A stretch of 64,000 nucleotides of DNA from Anthoceros angustus (lineage: Eukaryota; Plantae; Anthocerotophyta): the NCBI GenBank assembly GCA_010909165.1, contig VJWM01000135.1:434001-498000 (forward strand), given 5' to 3'. How positions within the stretch are numbered: position 1 is the stretch's first letter; each line of letters starts with the position of its first letter. A program made the position numbers and the translations under genes. Below are positions 34,693 through 46,157 of the stretch, piece by piece. The notes beneath the pieces were generated by a model. It made no database searches. It worked only from the letters and a program-made list of their open reading frames with translations, and was not told where the DNA came from.

Positions 34693-35106
34693 ATGTCTCC
34701 CATTGCAGCCATGGGCACGACGACACACCTGCTGCTTCTACTGCTGCTGCAAATGTCCCATTGGGTTGCAGTTGCAGCTCAGTCGCCACCGGCCAATACC
34801 ACGTGCACCGACGGCATAGCTCACGCAGCAATGTTTTCAGCCTATAGTCAGGCCAGTTTTGGGGGCGCTGAGGAAGATGTGTGTGTGGATTTCCCTAAGA
34901 GCTGCAGTGTATACAGTTTTGCTTTCCCAGCGCTGTCGTGGAAATGGTCTCCCAATGATCCACAATGCTATGGCAGTTTGTGCGTCGGAAAGCTACTCAA
35001 GGAACGACTAAGCAACGTGCCGTCTACCCAGTTGCTTGACGTTTTTGGGCCTGGTACCGTGGTCATTAGCTGCTTTGGACAGCCTGTGACAACCTGTGGA
35101 TGCTGA
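34693..35106 (+). CDS. Putative secreted cysteine-rich protein, 137 aa, family unknown
   Basis: ATG at 34693 (second ATG at 34711). Signal-peptide-like HLLLLLLLQMSHWVAVAA-Q, N-T-T sequon, 8 Cys in the mature part, uninterrupted ORF ending CGC-stop. Confidence 0.6.
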   Translation: MSPIAAMGTTTHLLLLLLLQMSHWVAVAAQSPPANTTCTDGIAHAAMFSAYSQASFGGAEEDVCVDFPKSCSVYSFAFPALSWKWSPNDPQCYGSLCVGKLLKERLSNVPSTQLLDVFGPGTVVISCFGQPVTTCGC

Positions 35107-35712
35107 CTGAAGGGATCATCTTGCTGTCTCGTCTCAGATGGCTGACAGACTAGCTTTGTGCATCCATAGCATCTGGACGAACGATCCTCACTTGAAGGTC
35201 TGTTATACTCTGAGCTAGGTGTAGGACCAGCGTCCTCAGAAGCAGGCAGGCTTGTCGTTTCACTTCTGGTGCTTTCAGCTTATGTTGTTGCCAGTATAAA
35301 GCTTCTTTGACGAATTCACTTCGGATGCAGTAGCAGTGAGCACGATGGAAGATTTTCATGAATAATAAAAAACCAAAAAGGAAAGATTTTCGTGATTCCT
35401 AATCAGGTAACCACAGCTATGCTACCTTGGAATGTCAATGAATGCATGCCCAACAGACTGCCGAGCGTTTCAAAGAACAGACAAAAATCACCATCACCCA
35501 AGGTATAACTTGGAGGCCCGCATACGTAGCTGCAAAGAAGGGCAAGAACTACCACGGCCCCTACAGGAACATGGAGACGAGACATTTGAACATTGAAACA
35601 ACCAAAATAGGAACAAGCCAAAATCGTCGGTTTGAAGGCGATTCATCCTTCGAAAAAACCATATCGCCTTAAGTACCTCTTGGCCTCTTCCGGTAGCGAT
35701 GCTCCATTCACG

Positions 35713-36283
35713 AAACGCTCAGGGTCTTGTCATCTGTGCGAGGGCTTGCCTGTATCTGGTGCCCATATGAAGTGAAGGAGAGTATTTTCTAAGACTGTGG
35801 TACGAATCCATGGTAACATATCATAGTAACATCGTCGGTAGGTCTCCGTTATTTATATGTTTGGGTGAAGCCCCAGCAGGAGCTAACCCTCAGGACCAGA
35901 TCCCTACTTCACACTATCCAAGACCTTTAGGTTGGATAGTGGAATCAGACCTGACAAATTCTAGGGATTCCAGAAGCTCCAGCTTGCCCAGACTTGACGC
36001 ATTTCCCCAAAAGACTGTTGTGGGACTTGTTCACGGAGCTCAAACCCACCAAGGTCCCGAGATCGTCCAGTATGTCCCCGTCCAGGGCATTGTCCGATGC
36101 ATCAAGAGCCGTTGTGTTCTGCAGCAAATCCTTGTATGTCTGCAGAGTTCCTTGATGACAATGGGAATTTCAGGGTCTAAATTTGTGTTCGAGGGTTCAC
36201 TAATTCACGGTGGATACAAGTATGCACGAAACCCAAAAAGGTCACGAGGAAAGGAGCTCACTTACTCACGCTCAGGAAACGCC
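35713..36283 (-). pseudogene. LRR-RLP remnant, copy 1 (island domain and C-terminal LRRs)
   Basis: LQNTTALDASDNALDGDILDDLGTLVGL aligns with LQTTTAIDVSDNALDGDIPDSLGNLVGL of the intact RLP; frameshifted. Confidence 0.8.
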
Positions 36284-37185
36284 TAATAGTGCAAAAGTCT
36301 GATGCCACTGGTTGTCATTGTGTGTGGCTAATTTCAAATCTAGTGTTGGGCATCTTGCAGTATTTTTAATTCCTACGCTACATAACATCATCTTCATTGC
36401 CGCAGCCATCAAGGGTATGACTCTCGCACCGGAGATGAGGAAACGGTCAGGGTCTTGTCATCTGTGCGGGGGCTTGCCTGTATCTGGTGCCCATATGAAG
36501 TGAAGAAGAGTATTTTCAAGACTGTGGTACGAATCTATGGTAACAAATCATAGTAACATCGTCGGTAGGTCTCTGTTATTTATATGTTTGGGTGAAGCCC
36601 CAGCAGGAGCTAACCCTCAGGACCAGATCCCTACTTCACACTATCCAAGACCTTTCGGTTGGATAGTGGAATCAGACCTGACAAATTCCAGGGATTCCAG
36701 AAGCTCGAGCTTGCCCAGACTTGACGCATTTCCCCAAAAGACTGTTGTGGGACTTGTTCACGGAGCTCAAACCCACCAAAGTCCCGAGATCGTCCGGTAT
36801 GTCCCCGTCCAGGGCATTGTCCGATGCATCAAGAGCCGTTGTGGTCTGCATCCAATCCTTGTATGTCTGCAGAGTTCCTTGATGACAATGGGAATTTCAG
36901 GGTTCACTAATTCACGTGGATACATGTATGCACGAAACCCAAAAAGGTCACGAGGAAACGAGCTCACATACTCACGCTCACGAAACCTGACTCCTCATCG
37001 CCTCATCGCCCTATCTTCTCATCGCCGGTGCGAGAGTCATAACCTTGATGCAGCGCCCATGGCTGCGGCAATGAAGATGATGTTATGTAGCGTAGGAATT
37101 GAAGAATACTGGAAGATGCCCAACACTAGATTTGAAATTAGCCACACACAATGACAACCAGTGGCATCAAACTTTTGCACTATTA
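36284..37185. repeat. ~150 bp inverted repeat (36284-36432 / 37025-37185) flanking RLP remnant copy 2
   Basis: taatagtgcaaaagtctgatgccactggttgtcattgtgtgtggc... versus ...gccacacacaatgacaaccagtggcatcaaacttttgcactatta; 11-nt insertion in the right arm; no TSD found. Confidence 0.9.
36443..36988 (-). pseudogene. LRR-RLP remnant, copy 2
   Basis: Direct duplicate of 35713-36283 at ~730 bp offset, with a short internal deletion. Confidence 0.8.
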
Positions 37186-37730
37186 CATTCTTACATTTAA
37201 CTCCTTACTTGTCATCTCACCATAGGCAAATTGCTAAGCACGATTGCTCTAACGAGCAACACGAACTAAAAAAGACATCATGCTAACAGCCTTCCCTATC
37301 GCCATGTGTCTAACTAATCTTTGATCTGTGGGAATCTCAGGTATGTACTCAGTAAAACGCTTGAGTAATATGTATTCGGTGCTCGTGCTTTAAAGTCATG
37401 GAGGTCAAAGAATAAAACGTTTTTAAAATTTCCAGAAACGAAACAAGGAAATTGCGTTCTACTGGATTCGATCATGGGACTTGAGACTAGTATGCTCGGA
37501 CCACTGTCCTCTCTCGATTGAGAAGGCTTGCTTGGGCTCATACCATAATTCCACCGGCCCTTGTTTCAAGACCCGGAATCCTAGACATGTGTACATGTTC
37601 AATCCCTGTCACCTGTTAAATAGAGCATGCAGCAATCTCCCTGCATATCTTTTCAGATGAATGATGCCTCCTCCGGGGTACATTGACTGCTGCAGCTCTG
37701 CTATGGGCAGCTGACTTCGGAGTGATGCCT

Positions 37731-40497
37731 TCATCCTGCAAAGGCCCCGTATCGTCTGAAATAGCTCCGAGGCTCTTCTGGTGCCGGTCCTCCAGTGATG
37801 TAATTCCATCCAGCATTGGTAACTAGCATCATAGCAAGGCCGGTGATGAAGGAAGCAGTGGACGCTATGGTAAACGCTGTGAAGTCCATGAAACTTTCCT
37901 CTGATTTTGCACGAGGAGCATCCGGTGTTTGTCCAGGTGGTGGTGAAGCGCATGGTGGGAGAGGGAAGCCACACAATCCAGGGTTGCCCTCATATGATGA
38001 CACACCAAATGACCCTTGGAATTGAGGACCGGTCGGTATGGCCCCTGTCAGATTGTTGTAGGAAACGTTGAAGCTGCCAATGTAGGGCAAGTTGGATAGA
38101 GTCGATGGAATCTCACCTGACAGATTGTTGCTTGATAAGTCTAGGGATTCCAGAAGCTGGAGATGTCCTAGGCTTGAAGGAATTCTGCCCTGAAGACTGT
38201 TGTGGGACATATTCAAGTAGTGCAAACCCACCAAGTTGCCCAAGGAATCAGGTATGTCCCCGTCCAGAGCATTGTCCGACACATCAATGGCCGTTGTGGT
38301 CTGTAGCAGATATATGAAGGTCTGAACGCTTCCCTTGATGACGATTGGAATTTCGAAGTCTAGAGTTTTGTTCAGGTCTGCAATCCCTCCCTGCAAGTAT
38401 CCGAGCAACCCAGAAAGGTCTTGCGGAAAAGAGCTCACAAATTTGTTCCTAGCAAGATTCAAGATTTGCAACTCCCGAAAACTGGTTCCTATCCAGGCAG
38501 GAATGGGGCCTGTAAGATCATTGTCTGACAGGCTGAACACCCTGATGGCAGTCAGGTTGCTCAGTGTGTCAGGTATGTTTCCATCCAGGCTGTTCTGCTG
38601 CAAGTCCAGCCATTGGAGAGACGAACAATTCCCAAGAGAATCAGGGATGCTGCCGCTGAATCTGTTCTGAAACAAGGACAAGAACCGCAGGTTTCGAAGA
38701 GCACCTAAACTCGCTGGTACCGGCCCTGTGAACTGGTTAGCAGAAAGATCATAGATCTGCAATGCCGGCACTTTCGACTCAAAGATGGGACTGATGGGTA
38801 TGAAACCTTGAAATAGGTTGTGAGACAGATCTAAGGTGATGAGTTTCAGGAGATAGGAGCCCAGGTCAGGTGGTAAGTAGCCAGTAAGACTGTTGTAAGA
38901 CAGGTCTAACTGCAGAAGCTCAGGGAAAAGCTGGCTGGCATTATTGGGAGGTATGCCACCCGTGATGTTGTTGTGAGAAAGATCCAGTATGGAAAGCTGG
39001 GTGAGCGAGTATATGTTGAACGGGATGGCACTGGAAATACTGTTGCGGGAAATGTTGATGTTGGCTAGGTTGGTACAGTTCCCTAGGCTATCAGGTATGA
39101 CCCCTGTTAGATTATTGCTTCCCAAGTTAAACGCCTGTAAATGTTGCAAGAAGAAGAGGGAGCTTGGTATAGCTCCTGTCAACCTGTGCAGTTGCATGGA
39201 TCCGTCAGTTCCGGCTGTGGAGAACCTTAATGTCACACAAACAAAATGAGAGCAGCTGCAAATTTACTCACCGATTTGAACTGACATCTATGCTTGTCAA
39301 GTTTGCCCACACTTTGGCAAGGTCCTCAGAAACGGTCCCGGTGAGCTTGTTCATCGTCAGTGACAGAACCTGGAGCGGATGCTTCCTCCCAAACAATTTT
39401 GGCAATCTGGTGAAGTTCCCTGTGAATTGGTTGTATCCTAAACTGAGCGAGGTCAGTTGGGTCAGATTTCCCCAGCGGAACTGCAACAAATTGCCTCCTA
39501 GTTGATTGTCACTCAGATCCAGGTCGGATAAGCTCGTTAACTGCGCAAAATCTGCAGGAATCTCGCCACTGATGTTATTGCTTGCTGCACGGAGAGAAGA
39601 CAAGTTCTTGAGCCCTCCCAGAGAACCCGGAATTGTGCCGCCCATGAGCTTGTTGCCCCCAACATCGAGCGCAATCAGAGATGTGCAGTTGGCCAGTTGA
39701 GGTGGAATGAACCCAGTCAGTTGGTTGTCCTGCAGCTCGAGCACCTGCAACCTGGTCAGGTTTCCCAGCTCAGGCGGAATGGGACCGGACAACAAATTGG
39801 AGCTCAGAACCAGGTGGGATAAGCTCGTTAGGTGCGCAAAATCTGCAGGAATCTCGCCACTGATGTTATTGCCTGCTGCACGGAGAGAAGCCAAGTTCTT
39901 GAGCCCTCCCAGAGAGCCCGGAATTGTCCCGCCCATGAGCTTGTTGCCCCCAACATCGAGCGCAGTCAGAGATCTGCAGTTGGCCAGCTGAGGTGGAATG
40001 AACCCTGTCAGTTGGTTGTCCTGCAGCTCGAGCACCTGCAACCTGGTCAGGTTTCCCAGCTCAGGCGGAATGGGACCAGACAACAAATTGGAGCTCAGAA
40101 CCAGTTGCTTCAAACGCCAGGCCTTGGCCAGCGCGGGAGGAACGGTCCCAGAGAAATTGTTGAAGGACAGGTCCAAGGTCTTCAAGAATGGCAGACTGGC
40201 AATGGAAGCGTCAATGGACCCATTCAACCTCTGCCCTGCAAGATGAACTGACACAACCCGGGAATTCCTGTTGCACGAAATGCCTGCCCACTGACAGGGT
40301 GTTGCAGTTGCATTGGGATGAGATGATGCGTTCCAGCCCTTCAAGGCGCCCAGCGGGTCTTCCACAACACCACCTTTGAAGGCCAGCAGGATCCCAATGT
40401 CTTCCGGTCCAGACTGGCAAGCTCCCCCAGATATCGTCACCAAGAGCAGCACCACGATCACCCTGCACACAAGCTGCCTTCCTGGGCCTCCACCCAT
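37731..40497 (-). CDS. LRR receptor-like protein (signal peptide, LRRNT, LRRs, island, TM, short tail, no kinase); 2 exons
   Basis: Exons 40497-39272 and 39183-37731; 88-bp GT-AG intron in phase 2 (SSNR|LTG). LRRNT LLAFKGGVVEDPLGALKGW...CQWAGISC; plant LRRs; GNPGLCGFPLPPC cap; TM FTAFTIASTASFITGLAMMLV. Confidence 0.93.
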
Positions 40498-42115
40498 GGT
40501 AGGATGCCGGTTCCCTTTCGCAAATGCTGCACAACCGTGCCCCAATTGCAAAGCCGAGTCCAAGTGATAGCGCACACAACTGGAAGGTTGCAACCTGGAG
40601 TGCATTGCCACTGTAACTTGCAAGAATTTTGAACTAGGAGTGATGGGTTCTCGAAGTTCATCCAGGAATTTGGGCTCAGCAGGAATGCCTTGGATCCCCG
40701 ATCCAAAACCGTGGCGACCGTGGTCAAGCTCGCAACAGTCCAAAACAGCGACTCCGCACGGCAGACAAAACGCCCAACAGTGGCTGCATGTGTGGCTGTT
40801 GCATCATCAAACCAGTAGCATATTCATTTCAACAGCGCAAGGACCATGGCCCTTTGCCGACGAGGCCTCACCATCATCACTAGTCCGGAAGCCCTCCATG
40901 TGAATGCGGCAGCTGCTCCAGCCTTCTGCCACATGGCAGATGCCCCTGGCAATAGTGCTCATGCGCACGGAGTCTTCCAGGTTCCAGGCACTTGCTTCAT
41001 GAGGAGGCGATACGTACACCCAGTCATTGATCAGCCGCAGCACCTGCGAATCGAAGGTCATGGTGCTTGTTGCGAGCTGATGTAATAGTCAAGCCTTAAG
41101 TAGGTGAGAGGTGAGGTAGGTTGAACAACTGCTTTGCCGTCTCTCGCAGCTGAGCAATTTGACCACCACCTCGCGCCTGTACGTTGGCTCGCTTTGGGTG
41201 CCCTGCAAGCCCAGCTTCAGGACAAAGCGGCATGAATCTTGTACCGATATTGCAACTGCGAGGTCCTGCCTCTACTGATGACTTTGGGTAGCGGCGCCCC
41301 CGCTCTTGGCAGCCCGTCGTTTTCCCAGACTCCTCACCTACTAAAGATGTCTACTACGTTGTTGTTAAAGGCCTTTCAGGCGCACGACAGGAACGTGTAG
41401 TCCCCTGGAATGAAAGCGAAGTTGGGCATTCTGGCAACCCACACCGACATGAACAAAGGGGATAATAGATACAAGAACACGGGGAGCATGCCGAAGACAA
41501 CCTGCTGCTTGCGAGCATGGTGAGGCCATAACCGCTATTACACATTATGTGATGGAGTTGTAGGTCTCATTTGGACCTGCTACACACTGGGTTGTATACA
41601 AACCTTCTGTGTGCCTTGGAAGTGTCCCTCACCCTGTCTTCCTCGAAAATCGCAACCAAGATGGGGAACCGTTCGGTCATCCTTGTTCTCCACGGAGAAA
41701 CCACGTGAGTGCCATGTTGCAGCCAGGCAATCAGGGACCACGTGCCTGCTACGACACAGCCTTCTGCCACCAACCAAGATATTGGGTGGCGGTGATTTCG
41801 AGAGCCAACCCTATGGAAGCTCCACATATGTAGCAAGCTCTCAAGCCTTCTCACATCATGAATAGAACCGTTCCTCTGCTTGTGAAGCTTGGTCATAACC
41901 TGCATCAATGTGACCTCTGCAGCTGGGGGTGCAGCTGCGGCTTTTCTAGCCTCCTCGGCGCCACGGCTTGAATCATGAATCCTGCATTTTCCGCAAGGAT
42001 TCTGACAAGACCGTGAGGATGACGTGCAAACCCTCCAAAGACTCCAAGCTGAGGCTGCACCTTCCGGGCCCTTGATGGGTCATTGCTGTAGGACTTTGGG
42101 GTACCGTCCCAAGTC

Positions 42116-45100
42116 CTACCCTCTCGACTTTGCGGGTGACTGATTCCGTTTAACCGCCAGGCTCTGATTGCGTCGAGAACGGATCTGTTCCTGCTGTTGG
42201 TCCCAGAGAGCACAAGCTTGGTCGACTGCAATCTTGAACTTGGGATCAGACTGGACTGCGTTGGGCAGCAGGAGGCGATCGTTTGCGGTGAACTTGCCCA
42301 ATGATTCTTCGTCCACAACAATCCTGACACACACACGAGCGACAGCTCAGGCACATGAAACAGCACATCGAGCGCAATGAGCGGCCGGATCTTAGCATCT
42401 TACGTTTCCTCTGACCCACACATTCGAACAGGCACCTTGCCAGGCTGTTGCGGTTCATTCTCACCACGCTGCTGAACCTGAGATATCACAGCTCCAAGAT
42501 GTGTCAGATTGTGCGCTCGACTGGAAGCTCACATGCCAAGCGACAACTGGGTGCGATGCCTACCACAGCAGGCCACTTGTGTACGTCCTCCGACTCCAGA
42601 AACACCAACTCACCCACATTCCACTGAAGGGTCAGAGGTAGCCCTGCGATCGAGACACTTCTCCTCGCCTTCTTAGCACGATAGTCATCCTCGTCATCCT
42701 CGCCCTCGTCGTCGTCATCATCTTCCCAGTGGTGGTTTCTGTCTTTGCTTTGAGACTTCCTCGCTGCCACAGACAACAATGAAGACACGTTGTCAGGAAC
42801 ACGGTAGGAGATGTGCCGTGAGATTAGACGAGTCCACGCTGAGAAGCAATGCAATTGGGCCAAAAACCGACTTCCCCTTCGACTGAGGCCACACTACAGG
42901 TGCGGGGCTTACCAGATCTGGATGGTCGACTGACCGATTTTCTGCGCTCACTCTGTCTGATGTTTGACGCAATGGGCCCAGCCTGCGCAACAGTCTTCTG
43001 CCGTGCCCTTTCGGGCCTGCGGTTGTCCTGCTTGGGTGGTAACACCAGGTTGTCGGCTGTTGGTGGGGAAGCCTCCACACCCTTCAAGATGCTCCGAGAA
43101 AACTCCTTACGGCTCCTCTCCGCGTCTGCCCTCAAAGCAACGGCTTCCTGTTGCTTCGCTTCCAAGCTCTCATGCAGACTGTTGATAATATTACCCCGGT
43201 CGGCCAGCTCCTTGGCCCAAACCATAACTTCAAGGTACAATTCTTGCACAGACGAGGACTCAGCCTCGCTCTGCAGCCCCATCCGATCGTGCAGGTCTTG
43301 TTTCTGACGAGTCATAAACTCCAATGCTCGTGTCTTGTCAGCCAACCTCTCCCCGAGAGCCCTGAGCTGCTTGCCATGGTTGCTTTGAATCAAGGCAAAT
43401 TCGAACGATTGTTTCACCGAAGCTCTGGCAGTATCCTGCACCTCTTCCATCTTACATTCCAGCTCCGCGCTCATCTTCTCCAACTGCACCTGCTGTTCAG
43501 CTCGTGCCTTAACAGACTCCTCCAGCTGCAGGCTCAGGCTCTCCTTCTCCTCCCTCATCCTCTCCACGATCTCCTTTAGCGATTCTATCGCCCACACCAG
43601 ATCCGCTCGCTCACTCAGTGCCTGCAGCGTCTCCCCACCTCCGTCAGCAGAAGGATGGGTCCCAGCCCCAGCCTCTACATTCCGCTTCCTCAGCTCTTGC
43701 CGCAATTGCTCCGCTTCCTTCTGCGACTCCTGTGTGGCCTTCACAATCTGCCTCGCATATTCTGCCTTGAGAGCAAACAACTCCCGATTTTTCTTCTCCA
43801 ACTCCGCCTCCAGGCTCTGCACCTTTCGCATACTCTGATTCGAGCTCTCTGCCCTCGAAGCCGCCATTTCCGCATTCCCTTTCTGCGTCTCTACTTCCGA
43901 AGCCTGAGACGCTTGCACCTCCTCCTCCATGCTCCTTCCACCCTCTGCATCTAAACTGTGCGTTTCCTGCCCCACCTGCGCTTTCACACCCCCCACCTCA
44001 TTACTCCTCATCTCCTCTGCCTGCCTCCCTCGAGCACCATGCCCGGCAACCAAGGCCACCAGCTCCTCACTCTTCCTCTCCAAATCTGCTCTCGCAGCCT
44101 CGGTTGCCCTCAAAACCTCCCCAACGAAGTCCTCCTTCAAACTTCCCCACATCACCTTCAAACCTCCAACCTCCGCTTGCAACAACCGCAACTTGCCATT
44201 CCTCCTGCCCAACTCTGCCTCCAAGGCCTCCGTGGCTTCCTTGTACCGACCTATCTCCAACCCCTGGCTGGCCAAATCCGCCTCCAACGCCCCCACCTGG
44301 CCATTCCTCTTCTCCAGCTCCGCCTCCAGCGCCTGCGTCGCCTGCAGCACCTGCCTGGCAGAATCCGCCCTAAGAGCCCGCAACTCCTCCCCCCGCTTCT
44401 CCATCCCTGCCTTCACAGCTCCCAGCTCCGCGCAGGTCCTGTCCAACTCGCCCCTTACAGCCCCCACCTGAGCATTCCGTTTCTCCAACTCCGCCTCCAA
44501 AGCCTGCGTCGCTTGCAACACATGCCTGGCAGACTCAGCTCTCAGAGCCCCCACCTCCTCCCCCCTCCTGCCCAACTCCGCCCTCACAGCCCCAAGCTCC
44601 TCATTCCGCTTCTCCAATTCCGCCTGCAGCACCTGCGCAGCCAGCGCCCCTGTATCCGCCTCTCCGAATCCTCAATCTCGGCAGTCCTCTTCTCCAGCTC
44701 CGCCCCCACCTCCTCCTCCCCTTCTCCTCCCCAAACCCCCATGCCCAAAACCCGCGAGCCAGGCCTTCGTAGCACCCAATTCCGCCCTCACAGCTCCCAG
44801 CTCCGCGTCCCGCCTCTCCAATTCCAACCTAGCACCCTCCAGCTCCGCTTCCAGGCTCTGCGTGGCCTGCAGCACCTGCCGGGCCGAGTCCGCCCTGAGC
44901 CCCCGCAGCTCCTCGTTCTTCCGCTCCAGATCCGCCTCCAGGGCTCGCAATTTCTCCACTTCTTGCGCCATGCTCTCCTGCTTCTTGGCGCTGGCGAGGC
45001 TCAGAAACTCCAGCCGCCGCTCATGGCCAGCTGCTCCTCCGCCACCATAGCCACGGACTTGAGCTCCCGTGCTGGAAGAGGAAGTTGCCCACCTCGTCCC

Positions 45101-45549
45101 CTTTGTAGAAGTCCTCCCGCCCCGCCAACCACCATAGAAGCTGCCCGGGCGGGATCCATCCTCCTGCCCCGCCAGCCCCGCGGCCAGCACCCCTGCCCCA
45201 CGCCTTCCTGTGCCGGCCCTTGTCCAGAAAACACCTCTCGAACGCGAACCCGTCTTGATACCCCTCCAGGCTCTTGTCGAAGAGCAGAGCCGCCACAGCC
45301 GATCCGCCTCCTGCCATCGAACACCACCACCCGCTTGGGGTTGAACTCGGAGAAGGCAGCCCTCACAGCCGCCTCCCCAACAGCCCCGCCCGCCCTGCCC
45401 AGAAGACCCACCCAGGGGTACACCAGCTCCTCCTCCTCCTGCTGCCGACCATACTCGCCATCGCCCTCGGCTCTGCCGCTCCCTCCTCCTCCTCCCAGCA
45501 CGCAGCTCTCGCCCCCTGCCGACTCCACCTCCTGCGCCTCTCCATCCAT
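42116..45549 (-). CDS. XS-domain (IDN2/FDM-like) + long repetitive coiled coil + C-terminal PWWP-like domain; 4 exons, about 5 frameshifts in exon 1
   Basis: Exons 45549-42913, 42763-42564, 42477-42404, 42323-42116; introns 149, 86 and 80 bp, all GT-AG with matching phases 1/0/2. XS: LVYPWVGLL..FNPKRV..FDKSLEGYQDGFAFERCFLDKGRHRKAW..WWLAGREDF..G(E)LKSV. PWWP: WNVGELVF..KWPAVV..GKVPVRMCGSEETIVVDEESLGKF..DPKFKIAVDQA. Confidence 0.8.
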
Positions 45550-46157
45550 GGCCGCTCTTCTTCCCTTCTACAAAACCCACAAACCCCAGCCCTCCCGATC
45601 ATGCATCTTCCCCCTACTCCTGCACCTCATCAGATTTATTTGCATCGCATCCATCACAGCATCGGCACACATAGCATCTCGTACAAGGCACGGCGAGCTC
45701 AAGTTGAGCTCCAATACCATGGGAAAGTTGTGAGACAATACACAGACGGAAAGTAGCAGACCCGGGATTCCGAAAACCCTGGTTCCCTTGGCACCCGGGG
45801 CGGGGGCCACCATCCTTTCCTTGTGAGGAACGAGTACCTGGCTTCACATGCAGCAGCTCTCCCTGAACAATTGAACAAGGAGGAGGGAGTCTACATAGAT
45901 GTCATATGTATGTATGTACCTACCTAGATATTCACATGTATGTACCTATTGCCGATATGTACGCAAGATGTGAGGAAACGTGTCCGACAACCTCATCAGC
46001 AAAAACAAGGGGAGGGAAAAACTGGAGGTTGGGCTGCCATGGCAGCCATGTCTAGTCACTTGCTAGCTATATAGCTCACTACATCCGAATCCGCAAACCG
46101 GGCAACTAACAGAGGAGCATGACAGACACCATTTGCTTCGCACGCTCCTGGATGTCT

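Noticed and set aside
39184-39271. Apparent break between the two large LRR ORFs (two genes or a frameshift)
   Set aside because: An 88-bp GT-AG intron joins them in frame.
40800-42000. Several short ORFs between the RLP and the XS-PWWP gene
   Set aside because: No recognisable motifs and no consistent exon chain.
44640-45310. Programmed ribosomal frameshifting in the XS gene
   Set aside because: Five shifts in 700 bp, mostly at G/C homopolymers and without slippery heptamers; error or decay is far more parsimonious.
43958-45733. 591-aa plus-strand ORF
   Set aside because: Antisense shadow of the GC-rich coiled-coil exon; low-complexity L/Q/P/H composition and no domain.
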